Shown: in pieces, positions 11,866-26,227 of the stretch
Layout of the letters: every line of letters starts with the position of its first letter
How positions within the stretch are numbered: position 1 is the first letter of the stretch
Assembly (NCBI GenBank): GCA_016748015.1
Contig: JAAOMT010000480.1
Span: forward strand, 310,001 to 374,000
DNA: 64,000 nt
Origin: Geosiphon pyriformis uo1
Taxonomy: Eukaryota > Fungi > Glomeromycota
Direction of reading: 5' to 3'
Position numbers and translations under genes: made by a program
Notes under the pieces: model-generated
Databases searched by the model: none
What the model was told of the DNA's origin: nothing
What the model saw: only the letters and a program-made list of their open reading frames with translations

Positions 11866-14800
11866 CCTTTCAAAAATGAGACAAGATTAACACCAACAAC
11901 AATTCCACTACAACTTACCAATCTATTAACAAAATAACAAAACAACAATAGATCTCAGAAATTACAACAACCTTAAAAACTATTTAGAAACTTTTATCAT
12001 GTCAGAAAATTGGTTTTCAACTAAAAAACACTGATTACAACACTAATCAAAACAATATTTCATACATCACAACAAAATTTATTATAAAAATCACAGAAAT
12101 CCAAACCAATTATTTAGATTAGTACAAGAAAATGAAAAAAAAACAATTCTATACAACATACATACAGATTTTTTTTCAGTACACTTAGAAAAAAATGGAA
12201 CAATTCAAAGAACTCTTGAACATTATTTTTGGTCTTACATGCAAAAAAACATTCAATAATATGTAAAATCCTGTAATAGTAGTCAAAGAAAAGAAGGAAC
12301 TCACCCCACAAAACCTTTAAATCCAATCAAAGTTGAACAACCTTTTAACAGAGTTGAAATTGATTTAGTCAGACCATTACTTATCACAACTTAAGAAAAT
12401 TAGTATATTGCAATTACAGTAGATTATCTTACCAAATAGCTTGAAGTTAGAGCTATCTAAAGAGCAGATGCAAAATCAATAGCAAATTTCATTTATGAAG
12501 ACATTATTTGTAGACATAGATGTTCAATTGAACTTTTATCTAATCAAGGAACACATTTTGTAAACAACTTGATACAAAAAATTTGTAAACGATTTAATAT
12601 CAAAAGATCTCTATTATTACCTTATTACTTCCAAACAAATAGATTTGTAGAATGTTTCAACAGAACATTGTGTGAATCTTTAGCCAAAGTCTCAACAGAT
12701 TTTGAGCAGGAATGGGATATATTTATTCTATCAATGTTACTAGCCTACAGAATACTAAAACAAGATACTATAAAACACACACCATTTAATCTTATTTATG
12801 GAAAAACAGCAAGATTACTAATTAATTTCACAGTGGAAACATATTTAGTGCAACCAATCAATGAAGAAAACTTTTAAGAAACACTTTAAAAAAAAGCCTA
12901 TACTCTTTTTAGTACACTGAAAGGAAAAAGACAATTAGCAGCCACTCATATTGAACACTCCTAAGCTCAACAAAAAGAAAAGCATGATAACAAATTGCCA
13001 CCAGTTACCAATGAATTTAAAGTTAGAAATAAAGTTTTCTTACACAGAACTAAGGCTAAAAAGCAATAAAGTGAGAAATTTAAACATAAATGGGATAGAC
13101 TATTCTATATTCACGAAATTTTAGACAATAGATTATACAAATTAAGAGTTGATGACAAAGTATTAGCAAAAGTTGTACATAGAGATTAATTAAAACATTA
13201 TCATTCCAAAAACAATCCTGAATCATTAATTCTACAAATTGGTACACATTTTTCTTTAATTAATCCTAAAGATATTTTCTGAAATTTAGAATCAATAATT
13301 ATAATAGAACAATAACCAAACTTGAATATTTAACTTAACATTTTTACAATAACCTCTTTAAAAAATACACAAGACATAAAACAAAAATAGTAAATAATTA
13401 CAAGAAACACTCAAATCCAAAAACAAATAAAAACTCTATACCCAAAAAATAATCTTCCTTATTTTTTTTTAAAATTTTATTAGTTAGTTATTTTTATCAT
13501 GATTATTTTTCGAAATATTCAACAAATATCCCAAAAATTAATGTTAGCCTTGAAAACACTTCCTGACTTATTCATAACAATTAATAGAAGTTAAATTAAT
13601 TATATTTAGAAAAAAACTACAGTCTCAATAGTAAACAATTCACAAAATTATTACTCTTATAAAAAAAACACAAGAAGTTATTTTGAAATTCAGTTATCAG
13701 AACTTTTGAAGCAAGCTCTAAAAAAAAACCTTTTATTTGCCCCTATTAATATTCTACCAAATGTCACAATTTAACAAAAACTTCTACTATTTCTTAATGA
13801 ACAGAACAATAAACATACTCTTATTTATAGATATTTTTATATTGGAAAAACACTTTATAAATGAAAACTGGAACTTGAAGCAACACACATCACTCCTAAA
13901 GCTATACAAAAACAAATTCACAATAAATTTAAGACAGCAGCTGGATCAACAAACACTCACTACAAACTTAGAGCAGCATTTAGACTTTATAATCTATTTA
14001 ACACTTGTGGAAACATCCTACAAAATCTAATACTTTTATTCAATAAAGATTTAATACATTAAAAAGCTTACAGAACTGAAATTTCAACAATTTTCAGACC
14101 AAATTACTTTAATTATCTTAGACCACTATCTTAATATTACAGATAGTGCTTGAACTTTGATAAAGCTCAGTTTTAAGGAGAAGATTATGTTATCAGTAGA
14201 ATTTTAGCTATTAATTAACATAAAATTACTCTTATAATTCCTATTATTAATTAGCATATATTATTATCATTTTGATTATTACTTATTATTTAATCAAATT
14301 ATCAAATATTATTACTCAATTAATAACTCAATTTGTACTATAGAAATTAAAATAATCAAATTACACAATACTCTGAACCATTTTATATAGTCAAAATTTG
14401 CCAAAATTAAAGAAAATTGGCCGAAATAATCAATAGTTTGTAGAAATAACTTGTAGTTCACCAAAATGTATCTTTAATTTACCAAAATTAGAGCAAAAAG
14501 AAAAGTGCAAGTTCAAAGACTAGTATTACAACAAGTTGTATAAAAGAAGAGCTTCTCTCTTTAAGAAAATATATTATCTTCTCATAGTATCTTATCATAG
14601 TATCTTACTTTAGATATCTTAATTAGAACAAATTATCTTTTACATATTTTAAATAAAAATTAAAGATTTGAAAAACCAAATCTTTTGATCATTACACTTG
14701 AAATTCTCTCAACACAACTAACATTTTAAAATTGATTAACTACCAATTTCAGTAATCTGTTAGTAACTTCAGACCTGAATAGAAAACGTTTTTTTTAATA

Positions 14801-15162
14801 CAATTCTATTTCTTTTACATTTCTTTTATTTTTCTTTCTTTTTTAATATAATTATTAGAGTAGTCTATAGACAAGATTTTTGTAGAAGAGTTGACTTTCA
14901 CAGCAAAGTAACTACACATTTTTAGTGAACTTTCAGATGAGCAATTTCTGGAAAAGAGTTGACATTTACTACAACATAACTACATAAAGTAACTGGCATG
15001 AAATTGGCTATTTTACTTATAAGTCTAGCAGTTCAAATTATAGAAGATAATTTGAAGATAAATTTAGTTATTAGAAGTTCAACTGCTTCCAGAAAACGTG
15101 AAATTAGCAACAGACAAACATTAACAATATTTAAGAAAAAAGACCAAAAACCTCCAGTAATA
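11866..15162 (+). mobile_element. 3' remnant of a second Ty3/Gypsy element (family B): integrase, extra ORF, PPT, 3' LTR
   Basis: IKVEQPFNRVEIDLVRPL and AVDYLTK*LE motifs. ORF 12569-12877 is the integrase core (PYYFQTNRFVECFNRTL...HTPFNLIYG). Purine tract aaggagaaga before the LTR at 14188. Confidence 0.9.
14188..15162 (+). repeat. 3' LTR of element B
   Basis: tgttatc...cagtaata; colinear with solo LTR 5418-6400. Confidence 0.9.
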
Positions 15163-16330
15163 ATGTTCTGATTTTTGGAATTGGTGTTAGATTAAACAGC
15201 AGCACATTATAAATATTATTTGTGGTAAGAATTTGAATGTTAGCTGGCACAAAATGAGGAGTTACTTGGGTGTTTTAGGTAACAAATACACTAACACACT
15301 TGTTAATACTGTATTTTTTTCTAATTGGTGTTTTTTTTCTTAATTAAAAGAATTTTATATTAAAACTAATAGTAGTATTGTTTTTGATAATTCTAGAAAT
15401 TTTGTTTATGAGATTTTTTGGTCTGTTTATCATGCATGCTGGAAGGTTGGTTTTGGTTTTAAAGTTCTGATTAGTTGTTTGTTTTTAGATATTAATTGGC
15501 TTAATTCATTTTTGGTGTAACATTCCGACTTTTATATGACTATTGGTTTTACTAATAGGCTTACTACTAGTGTTTGTACTTATAAAAGCTTTGCATCATC
15601 AGCTATTTGTTATTATTCAAAAGTACTTGTTATATAAGCACTATCTTAGTATAACATGTTTGTATTATGGTAATATTAAGGTCTTAAACCATGTTTTTTT
15701 TTGCACAATTGACAATTCTGTTTATTATTATTTGTTGAATGCTTATGTGAATGCTTGAAGAATGTTTTCTGGTTTTCTTTGTTCTTTTTTATGTGTGTCT
15801 TAGCTAATGTCTTTCTGTATTTTTAATGTTGTAATATATATGGCTTTTTGTAAGGATTTTGTTTTTAATAGTTGGCATTAGAAAGCTGTTTTAGTTTTTG
15901 GTAATTTCAAAGTTGCAGGTTTAAAAATTGTGAGCTTTGTGCCTGATTTCTGTCTTGCTTTTAGAGAAAAAGTTTAGTTGATTTATGCTAAGTATTATGC
16001 CTTTATAGAAAAGAATAAGCTAATTCTACATAATAGTTCAGTTTTTGTTTTTATTTTTGGGCTGTTTGTGGTGCTTTTTGCTGATGTAATTAAATTGCTT
16101 GGTATTACTAAGACATTTGGTGTTAGTTTTGATTTGTATAAGTCTTACTTGTTTTTTTTGGGCATTAGAAACTTCGTTTCAGTTTATGTAGGTACATAGT
16201 GTTATTCTAATCAGTCTAAATGGCTGGTCATATATATAAAAAAGCATGATTTATACCAAGTTTAGATTACTTATACAATGTATTATACTAGGCAGTATAT
16301 AGATCTTACTCATTAAATAAATAAATAAAA
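15163..16330 (+). mobile_element. LINE 3' fragment (RNase H end, Cys/His motif, 3' UTR, A-rich tail)
   Basis: Aligns with 47710-48872. ORF2 end ...VSVYVGT* at 16199 is followed by the conserved 3' UTR and a (taaa)n tail. Starts abruptly at the LTR-B end. Confidence 0.88.
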
Positions 16331-17138
16331 ATTTATTAGTAAATATTAAGTACTTAAAATTTTGTTTTATTATTAATAATTTTTTTTATTTGTAATAAAT
16401 AATACCAGTTACATAAAATATTATAATTATAAATTCTTAAAATTCGAGTTTTAAATAAATAAATAATCTTATTATGTAAATAATTTTAATTATTAATTAG
16501 AAAAAAAAGTACATAAATTTTTAATTAAAAAAAAAATTTATTTTTGTTTTTATTAAAGTATTTAATAAAACAAATATTTAAAATATTAACATCTTTTATT
16601 TTGCCATTATTGTTTTTTTTACAATAATATATGTGAATTTTTTAATAATAAAAAAATTGAAAAAATTATTTAAAACAATGAAATTATTAAGTAGATTTAT
16701 ATTTATTAATGTTTATAATTGCAAATAATTAAGTTATAATTTTTTTTAACAATTATAATAATTGTAAATTATTGTAATTTATTTAATTTAAAATAATTTG
16801 CATTATTATAGCAGTTTAACCAAAAAATTGTAACTTTTAATATAAATATAATTAAATAATAACATTTTTAACTATAAAAATAAGTAAAATTTTTTTAAGT
16901 AAAATTAAATAATATTTAACAACATTTTGTCAAGTTTTACAAAAATAAGCTTTAAAATAAATATTCAAATATTTCACATTTGTTTCTAATAAGTATTTGG
17001 ATTATCTTTACATTACTTAATGTTTTCTAGTTGAAATACATGACTCTCAGTTTCATGAAACTGGAAATTTAAGTAATCTGTAAAGAAAAAAGTAATTGAT
17101 GAAGATGATTAGTGAACCTAAAAATAAATGTAAAATAC

Positions 17139-20100
17139 TTAAGAACCCCATGGGGGTTGTTGATATTGATTTTGTTGCTGCCCCTGTTGGGAAGTAGCAG
17201 GTGGCTGTTGGAACTGAATACGATATTGAAACAGATTTGGTTGTCCTTCAGGGAACTGGTTGAACTGTTCCGGCGGGATAAATTGTGGTTGTTGATGTAT
17301 ATATTGTAAGTGGCTCATATTCATTATATGGGCCGACGTTGCTGTTTGACCATTCGGAGCACCAGCAAGGTTACTCGGCCCTTGAGACATATTTTGGTAA
17401 AAAGGGTTATGTCCCTCTTGGGAAATGTTTGCTTGATTTGGGGGTAAAAAGGCTTGAGTTGGGAACTGAACCAAATTTCTTTGTGGGCCACGCACATATT
17501 GAGCTGGGATCATTGTTGGCCTACCAGCCGAAGTTTGTGCAGGGAGCATTCGTTGAGTTTGATTTAACCCACCATTGTTCATTGTAACAACCATCTGATT
17601 CCTTTGGGTCATTCCGCTGGAGATAATCACAGGGCGAGTAACTGTTGGTCCAGGTCGAATTTGCCCAGAATTTTCTCCGTTTCTGCCAGGCCTTTGGATA
17701 GCAAGATTAATTGAGTTATTGGGTGCCTGTCCGGCAATTTGCTGCTGCATGTTGATCTGTGGAGACCTGAAGGTTGGATTTAATTGCGGGTATTGCCCAA
17801 GCTGGGGATTGTTTATGGGAATTGATTGTCGCACAGCAGTTGATTGTGCGCCTGTTCCCATGACTGGCCCAGGATTTGGCGTAGTAACAGGTCCAGCTTG
17901 CCCAGGAATAGATCGATTGAAAGGAAGTAATGGGGTTGTTGTAGATGCAGAGCTTGGGGTAGAAACCAGTTGACCAGAATTTATTTGAGTAATCGAACCA
18001 GGAACGACAGTAAATTGACCCAGTGATCCAACATTGGTAGGAGGCATTGGACTCATTTGAACTTGAGTGGTAGAAGCCGAGACTATGGGAATTGGAGAAT
18101 TTTGATGGCCCGCATTCGAGATTCGCGATACGCCATTAGAGACGGACGGAACTGAATTAGATATTGGTCTATTAACATTTACAATTTGCTGTTGCATAAT
18201 TGAAGGCGGTATCGTTGTTGGAAAGTGATTATTTTGGGAAACCGCATTGGTCACTGGCAAGTTGGATGCTAAGCGAGAGTGATTGACAGGTGAAGTGGGG
18301 GACAAGTTATTATTTATACTTGAGGGGCGTCGTGGAGCACCCGCCAAGGCTAAAGGTCGAACGCTGCGCATGCTTATGTCCATTTGGCCAGCAGTAATAT
18401 AACTTTGTACAGTTTCTAAAGGTATAGATTTTGTCTGATTCCTTAGAGTATATTCATATACTGGTTGTTTCAAATGATCAGGTTTTTCTTCATTATACAT
18501 CTTCTCAACCAAACTCATTGGCTCCATGGGTACATCTGTTTTGGGAGGTGTTGTTTGGCGACCGATATCATCCGTGATCCTCTTAAGCGCTTCTGTGATC
18601 CCTCTCTCTTCGCTTCGATCACAATCATAATCCCAATCAAATTGGAGAATATTATCCGAAAGATATAAGATTGTGAATGACTTGACAAATGATTTCCATG
18701 AGATTTCATCTTTAAATGCGTATCTTCAAAAGTCCAATATTCGATCTATCAGCTTGTGTCATTCAAAGAAAGAAATCTATAGAATAAACATGTGAAGCTA
18801 TGAATCTTACTTCAGAGCTGCATCACTATCCTTTAAATCTGTAACAAATTTCTCCTCGTTCATAGTGAGGAAAAAAGTCTGAAGCTCTTGGCGATTAACA
18901 AAATCTGCTTCGCTGATTTTATGCAAAAAAACCTCGAAATTGTGGTTGTTCACACGATAAACTGCCAGTATCGTATGATATCTCGTGATACTTGAAGCTA
19001 TATTAATATATTTTTGATTAAAAATCGATGGTCAATCATATTTACAGACCTTTCGATGAAACAAAAGGAAAAAGTTACAAAAACCTTCTGCTGTATTCAT
19101 CGAATGCACAAATCTCATTCTCTTCAGCAAAGTTTTGCGTCCTATTTTAAAATCATTTCAATGTCATTAATTATGGAGATTAATAATACACAAGAAGCGA
19201 CATTAGGTTACCAGGCACATTTGATATCCGAGTCAATAGCTTTTCTTTTCCTTTGGAATCAGCAGGAGGAATGATAGTCCTCGGGCGCTTGTTTTTATCA
19301 AAATAGGAACCTTGTGTCCAACTTGGTTCAAAAGGACGGCCAGTTCGCTAAATAAAAATCAAGAGCAAAAAATATCAAGATATTAGTCAATGGATTTTTT
19401 CAAATATATAATTTCAAGTTACCGGATCCATCATCTTTAATAATTTATCATTATCAATAATTTTGAGTTTCTCCTCTTCTATTTCCGAAGAATTCAACTT
19501 TCTCTTTCTTTTTGGCGGTTCTTGCCGATGTATGAACACTGGTAGTTCATCGCTATCAACAATCTTCTGCGGGACCAGACCAGGTAAAAAATGGGTAGGA
19601 TTGAGATCCAACTTGGGATATATGGCTAGCTATTAAATAAATATGGATCAAGAAATTCAAGTATCTTTTCAATTTGGGTCTATAATCGATCCTAAAAAAA
19701 GACAAACAAAAAAAAACCAAGATTCACAAGTAGTTTCGACTCAATTTCGATTGCCATTTGTTGCGTCCATGTACCACCAGCATAGTGGTTCATGCGCAAA
19801 ATATCATTCCAAAGAGTCGCACCACTTGGCCGTAAGGCGGTCCATCTGCCTGTACAGTTTGGATTGGGATTGGTGCGATGATCTTGAAACACGCAAATAA
19901 TATTTCCTATTATACAATTATGATATTACCGTAGTATGGTACACAATCGATATCAATATAATGGAATTAAGTTGAAATTATTGTCGTTGAAAGAGCCTAA
20001 AAATCAGATCTAAAAATTTCGAAGGATATTTCCTTTAACAATTTCTGGAATACTTCTTTGTTGAAAGCTGCCTAATGTGTTCACATTTGGCTCAAAGGAA

Positions 20101-20814
20101 TATGACCTACCATTATAATATTTGTACTTTGTGGGATCGAAATTAGTTGTACCATCCTTTGATTAAAAAAGAATTAGAAAAAAGCTCGAGTATACTGAAA
20201 AAGTACCCAAATAATAGATAATAAAATTTTTGTTTAGGATAAGGCTACTTCCTAAGGAGTTGGGGAGAAAAGTTGGGAAGACTGAAAAATAGCTCTCAAC
20301 TTACCGAGTTAGCAATGTCTACACGATTATCATAGACGTGAATATATAAAGAAACGGTAAGCCCGATGTGATTTGGTGTTGGCTCTTTATTTTGTGCTGC
20401 TCCAACTACAGATTGCTGTTGTATTGTGATGGAAGTAAAGGCAGCTACGGGAGAGGTATTTGTTTCTGAAGACAACACTGTGGAATTTATAGAGGTCGTG
20501 AGTTGATTCAGAGGAGACGTAATTATATCAATTGGGGCATTAGATTGGTTACGCGAGGAAGTAGCCGAAGCAGACAGGCTACATGAAGCCGTGCCCTGAG
20601 TAATAGCCGCTAAAGATTGGCTTCGTGGGGCGATGCCCTGAGTTAAAGGCTTGGAACCTTGATAACGTGGGACGTTAATCTGAGGTACAGGCGTAGTTTG
20701 ATTGAAAGTGTCTGTGGACAAGTTCGAGAGTGTACTTGATTGATTGGAAGTATGCACAGACGCGTTAACTTGATTCGAGGCCACGATTTGCTCGGTTGAA
20801 GACGAAGAGGCCAT
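17139..20814 (-). CDS. SPT20: SAGA complex subunit Spt20-like protein, multi-exon, long Q/N/P-rich C-terminus
   Basis: Spliced exons give Spt20-domain signatures: SLYIHVYD; VPYY.GNIICVFQDHR; ALRPSGATLWNDIL; WTQQMAIEIESKLL; LDLNP; KRKRKLNSSE; KLLKMMDP..RPFEPS. ATG at 20814. Last exon contains ORF 17139-18527. Normal GC and CpG content. Exon boundaries not all resolved. Confidence 0.78.
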
Positions 20815-21360
20815 CAATCAACACTTTTTACTACAGCAAAGGGATATATCAGAATTTAACAGGGAAAGTGTTTTCTATAAAAGAACAAAGATTCAAAGAA
20901 GAGGAAATAAAGTTGCGTACGTTCTTAAAGTTAATAGTCGGAGATTTCAAGCGATATCTTTAAAGGTAAAGGAATTACAAACTGACTTCTGGCTTAATAT
21001 TTTGAAGCTTTGACAAAAATCAAATTATCTGTTTATCTCTTCTTTTGAATTCATAATATTCCAGCGTTGGTTTTTTAACAACAAAAACTTTTAAAGACAA
21101 TTATCTTATTATTCTCTTATTATTATTTAAAATGCCAAAATTTAGTGTGATTACAATATACGTGATTAATTTCAAAAATATGATAATGAAAATTTAAAAT
21201 AGTAAATAATAAACAATTGTTATCAATTAAAGTTTAAATAAAAATAATGAACTAAAAAGATAAAACTTTTTTGCTTCTTAGTTTTATAACCAGAACAAAA
21301 TAAATGATATTTTTAAATGCTTTAACTAAGTACTATCTACAATATTATTTTTAAAATTAA

Positions 21361-23850
21361 AAAAAACTTCTTTCTTTTCTTTATCTTAAATTCCCAAAAA
21401 AGAGTTTATAATTTGTAAGAAGTTTTTTTTCTGTCTTATTAGTACTTTTCTCAATATTTCTCAAATACCAAACCCTTTTGTTGTCAAACTGGCTGCTATT
21501 ATGAGTAATTTTGAAGTTAGAAAAAAGTTTGCTAGAGTTGTGATTTCAAGCTTTGTTAGTAAGAGCTTGGCTTAAAAGCAAATATTATTATTTAATAATA
21601 TTAAACATTCTGGTAATAAAGTGAATTTAAGTTTTGGAATTTTAGAAAGAGTTGCTAGTCAATTTGCTGAAATAAATATGGATAATAATGCTAATAAAGA
21701 AAATAAGGCCCAATTAAACTTGAAAATAAATACATCTAAAGCCAAATAAGTCAATACTAATAATAAAATTGGTTTTTTAATTGGTTTCTTGAATTATAAT
21801 ATAGATAATAATAATAAGATCTCTCTTTCTTTTTACTTTTATGTTTTTTTGAATAAAAAATAAATTAACTTCAAGATAATAAAAAATTAGATTAAGATGA
21901 CTATTAAAAAGTGGTTCACATTGGATATTAATTTTTTAGCTGTGAAAAAAAAATTGGCAATAATAAAAACTCAGTTAATTAAGAATATTTTTTTATTAGT
22001 TAATAGTTTTGGAGAGGACTATTACTTTTTTAAAATTTGAAAGAATTATTAGATTGACATTTAAATTAGAAAAGAATATGGAAAAAGCTATATTATTGGT
22101 CAAAGAAAAAGACATAGTAATAAACAATAATCTCAAAAAACAAGAAATTTATTCAAATTAGACTGTAGTAATAAAAAAAATTCTCATAGATATGCCAAAA
22201 AAATTGATTGTTGTAGCTTTCTTTAAGTTTGGTTAAATAGTGTTGATTTGATTACAATTAATTAAACTATAACAGAAAACTATGGTGAAGTTTGCCAAAT
22301 CAAATTAGACAAATTAGTTGGCAACAAAATAATTATTTTTAATCAGAAAAAATTTGGTACATATAGCTAAAACTATAAAAAATCATAAAACTTGGATGTT
22401 TAAGAATCAGTTTAAAGTGTTTTTGTTTACTTTGCCAATAAAAACAATTGTTCATAATTTTGGTACTTTATTGAAGAAAACTGGTAGAAAAATCTGTATT
22501 ATCAATTAATTATTTAAAACTAACAATAGGGTTTGTTGTGCTGTGATTGGTTTTGAGTCAAGAGAATATTTGGAGTCTGTTTTTTACATAAAACTTATTT
22601 TAAGTGGTGTTAAGCTCTTTTAAATTAAGATAAATTTGGTTTGGTACAGAAAATATGAGTGTTTTAGATATTTATCTTTAAAATGTGACTCTTTGTTGTT
22701 GTTTGTTTTAGTCCAAGAAAAAATTTATAAGAGGTTTATCTCAAATCAGAATTGTTTTTAGCTTATTTGTCTTTATGTAAAAAAAAATGTGTCAATATCT
22801 CAATTTGCTGCTTTTGATAGCAAGTTCTAAGTGCAATTAGTTTCTCTAGTGACTGTTTATGCTAGTGTTTATTTCAGCTCCCTTTTCATGTTTTTTTTGT
22901 CTGGTGCCTCCCATTTAGATAATGTTTTTTTTGCTTTTGAAAAGATTTTTTTTGTAAATAATTAGTTGATTTCTTTGGAATGTTTCTTAGAATTGCTGGT
23001 TGATCAAATGTTAATGATTATATGCAAATTAAATAAGTTAAATTCAGTAATTTTGGTGTTTGTTTTGTTTTCACTTGTCTTAATAAACTTTTTAATCTCA
23101 AATTTGAATGTGGTTTTAAATGTAATTTTAAATGCTTCTTTGGTACTTTTTGTGTTTTTAGACTTGGATATGATTTTGGGTGCTTCACAAGATTTCTTTT
23201 TTTTATTCTACTAAAAGTGGCAAAGTTTTTAGGATTGAGTTTAAGCAGCTCTAAGATCTTAATCACCAAAGTTAAAAGTCTAAAATTTAAGATAATTGCT
23301 CTTAAAGTGTTTGTTAATTTAATATTGACTAGATTGAATTAGTTATGTATTGGATCAGACTTTTTACCTCTTTTTTCTTTTCAATGATTGATTTTATTTG
23401 GAAAATTGCTGCATGTAATATTAGAAAAATAAACAATTTGGCAAAACAAGAAGACATTATTTAATAATACAGAATTAAAAGTATTTTATATCTGTTGTTA
23501 TAAAGATAAAGCTAAAAGGCAAAGTTTGCTCTTAAATAATAAGCAAATTTAATAGAGTTAGAGTTTTCACTTTTAGTGTTAATTACAATCATTTAAGGTT
23601 TGGTGTTATTATAATAATTAACAATAATATTATAAAGCATATATACAAAATCTTAAAGATAGTTGGTCAGTTTTGTTAATATGTTTATTGTTTAAAGATT
23701 GTTTTTTAATTTTTGTTTTGGATTTATACTGAATCCACTTTGAAAAAAAAATTGAATTAATTATGCAAAATTAATTCAATAATAATTGAAGTTTTGAATA
23801 ATAGCACTTTTATTCTTAGAAGAAACTTTAATAAAAATAAGTCTGGTTAA
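21361..23850 (+). mobile_element. LINE 5' part (ORF1 plus start of APE endonuclease), heavily decayed, 3'-truncated
   Basis: Family 5' end aaaacttctttc; ORF1 motifs FTLDINFLAV; ATGA junction 23384-23387; WKIAACNIR. Confidence 0.85.
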
Positions 23851-26227
23851 AAAGCATTTTTTATTTTTTTGTTTAATTTACCATAATCTTATTAATTATA
23901 TGCTTCATTTTATTTGGTTTTAAAATCAACTTTTTTCTAATTACCAAATAATCCAAAATTATCTTATAAAAAGGCTATTTTAAAACATTTTTTATTATGT
24001 TTTTTTTGTTAAAACTGAAATTATTTATCTATTTCTCAATAGCTTTCTTAATAGCTGTTTTTTTAGCCATTTTTAATTTATAGTACTTGAATTTTTTATA
24101 TTCTTTTTTAATTATTAATAACTGTTTAAAAACATTTACTAATTTTGTATTATTTTAAATCATAATGCTAATTTTAGAAGTTTCTTTGCTATTAATTATT
24201 AACCATTTTTTGAAAAAACAATCATACTCAAATTTATTACCTAAATTTAATACTTTTACAATCTTAGTAATCAGTAATTTCAGTTCAAAAAATTTTGATA
24301 ACTGCTTATTTTCTGAATATTTGATTTTACTAAATCAGTGTTTAAAGAAAATTATATCTATTAAGTTTGCTATTATCTTTTTTAATTCCTTTAACATAGT
24401 ATTCAAATTGCCAAAAAACTTTGTTTTTGCAAATTTATCTATTATTATTAACAACTTAATGGAAACACATTTCTTAAAATAAGTCTATTTAGTATTATTT
24501 GTATTTTTGATTCTATATTTTCATCAGTTTTTATTAGCATACTTTTAAATTGTATTCAAATTTTTATTTAAAAAACCATTCAAACTAAGAAAAATTATAA
24601 CAGCCATGTGGTTAGTATTAAAAAAATCAAACATACTATTAATATTTAACTTATTACAATTAATAAAAGATATTTATTAACAAAAATATAATTAATAGTT
24701 TTTTTTATACTTCTTAAATTGCTTTAAGTCAAAAGTTTGGCAACTAACTTATTAAAAAAAAGTTGTGCAAGCCTAAATTAAAATATTTCCTAAAACTTAT
24801 ATTTTATTTTTTTTATTTTTATTGAAATTACCAACTAATATAACATAAAAACTTGAATTAATTGCTTTGATAATACATAAATTTACTTTATATGTTTAAT
24901 TAAAACACATATTAGGTAAAACACCAGCATACAAATCCAAAATTGTTACTAATATTCTATTATTAAACAACAAACAAATTAAAAAAAGATAATCAAAAAT
25001 TTTAAAAACTTTGTATATATGCTAAGCAAAAGCATTGTTTATTACTATTGCTACTCCTGTATTTATATAGCTAGTATCTAAACCAGAAACAAAATATTTT
25101 ACATATTAAAACTTATTTTTAATTTAAGATTTTGCCTGCTTTTTTAGCTTAGCCTCAGTAATAATAAAAACTCAATTGCCAGAATTTTTATGTTACTTAA
25201 TTATATCTTCTTGTTTAACTAAATTGTTAATTTTCTTAATATTATATATCACAAATTTCCAAATATAATTAGTTATTAAAATATAGAAGATATTAAAGCA
25301 CTAAAATTAAGATACTACTAATTTAATCTTGCCAGAACAAAAGATATAAACATTTTAAAAGCAATCAATTTTGATTTCAAACCATTTACTTTAGCAGTCA
25401 AAACTTTGAAACTGCTTATATTTAAATTTTATCTATTGCCAGTGAAAAAAAAAGGAGAACATTTGTAAGTTGTTCAAAATTATATCTAAAATTGAACTTG
25501 AATCAAAGCCAACTGAGTTTGCCAAAATAAAAGACAAAAAACAAAAACAAAAAAGAAAGGTATTAAATTCATATTATTCAATTTATAGACAATATTAAAT
25601 ATTAAGTTAGCCAATAGTTCTAATAATTGTTTTAGAGATGCCAACTAAGTGTCTATCAAAAAAGCACTTTAAAACATAGAAAGAGCAATACCAAGATAAA
25701 AACACTAGAAAAAAACAATTTAAAAAGAGAATTTGAATGATCATAAATAAAAACAGCAACTAAAAAAACAATCTGTGCCCAAAATTTGTCTTCAAATAAT
25801 GCTGGCTATAAGATAAAAATTTTTTTTTTAATATATAAATGTGTTAGCTAAAAATGGTATTTCTTTAAAACAAATTTTTTATAAATTTTTTTTGTAATTA
25901 TAGCAGATGAATCTACAAATTTATATTAAAAAAAAATGATCAAAGCATTCATATTTTTTACACTAAACTAATTTTAATTAAGCCCAAGAGAGTTTTATAC
26001 TTTTAAAGATAAATTTTATGCAAAAAGCTAATTTCAAAACTTTATTTAATTTAAAGTTAACAACAGCACAATAAATTCTATTACTACAGTAAACTCTCTT
26101 TATAATCACACCTTTTGGTCAACACATTTGTGGTAACTATAGAAAGATGAAACTATAAAAAATGATTAATATCTTATCACATAATCTATATATTACATAC
26201 ATAATATAATAACCAATTATATATATT

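Noticed and set aside
17112-19900. Plus-strand ORFs overlapping SPT20
   Set aside because: Antisense shadows of a GC-richer coding strand, with no motifs.
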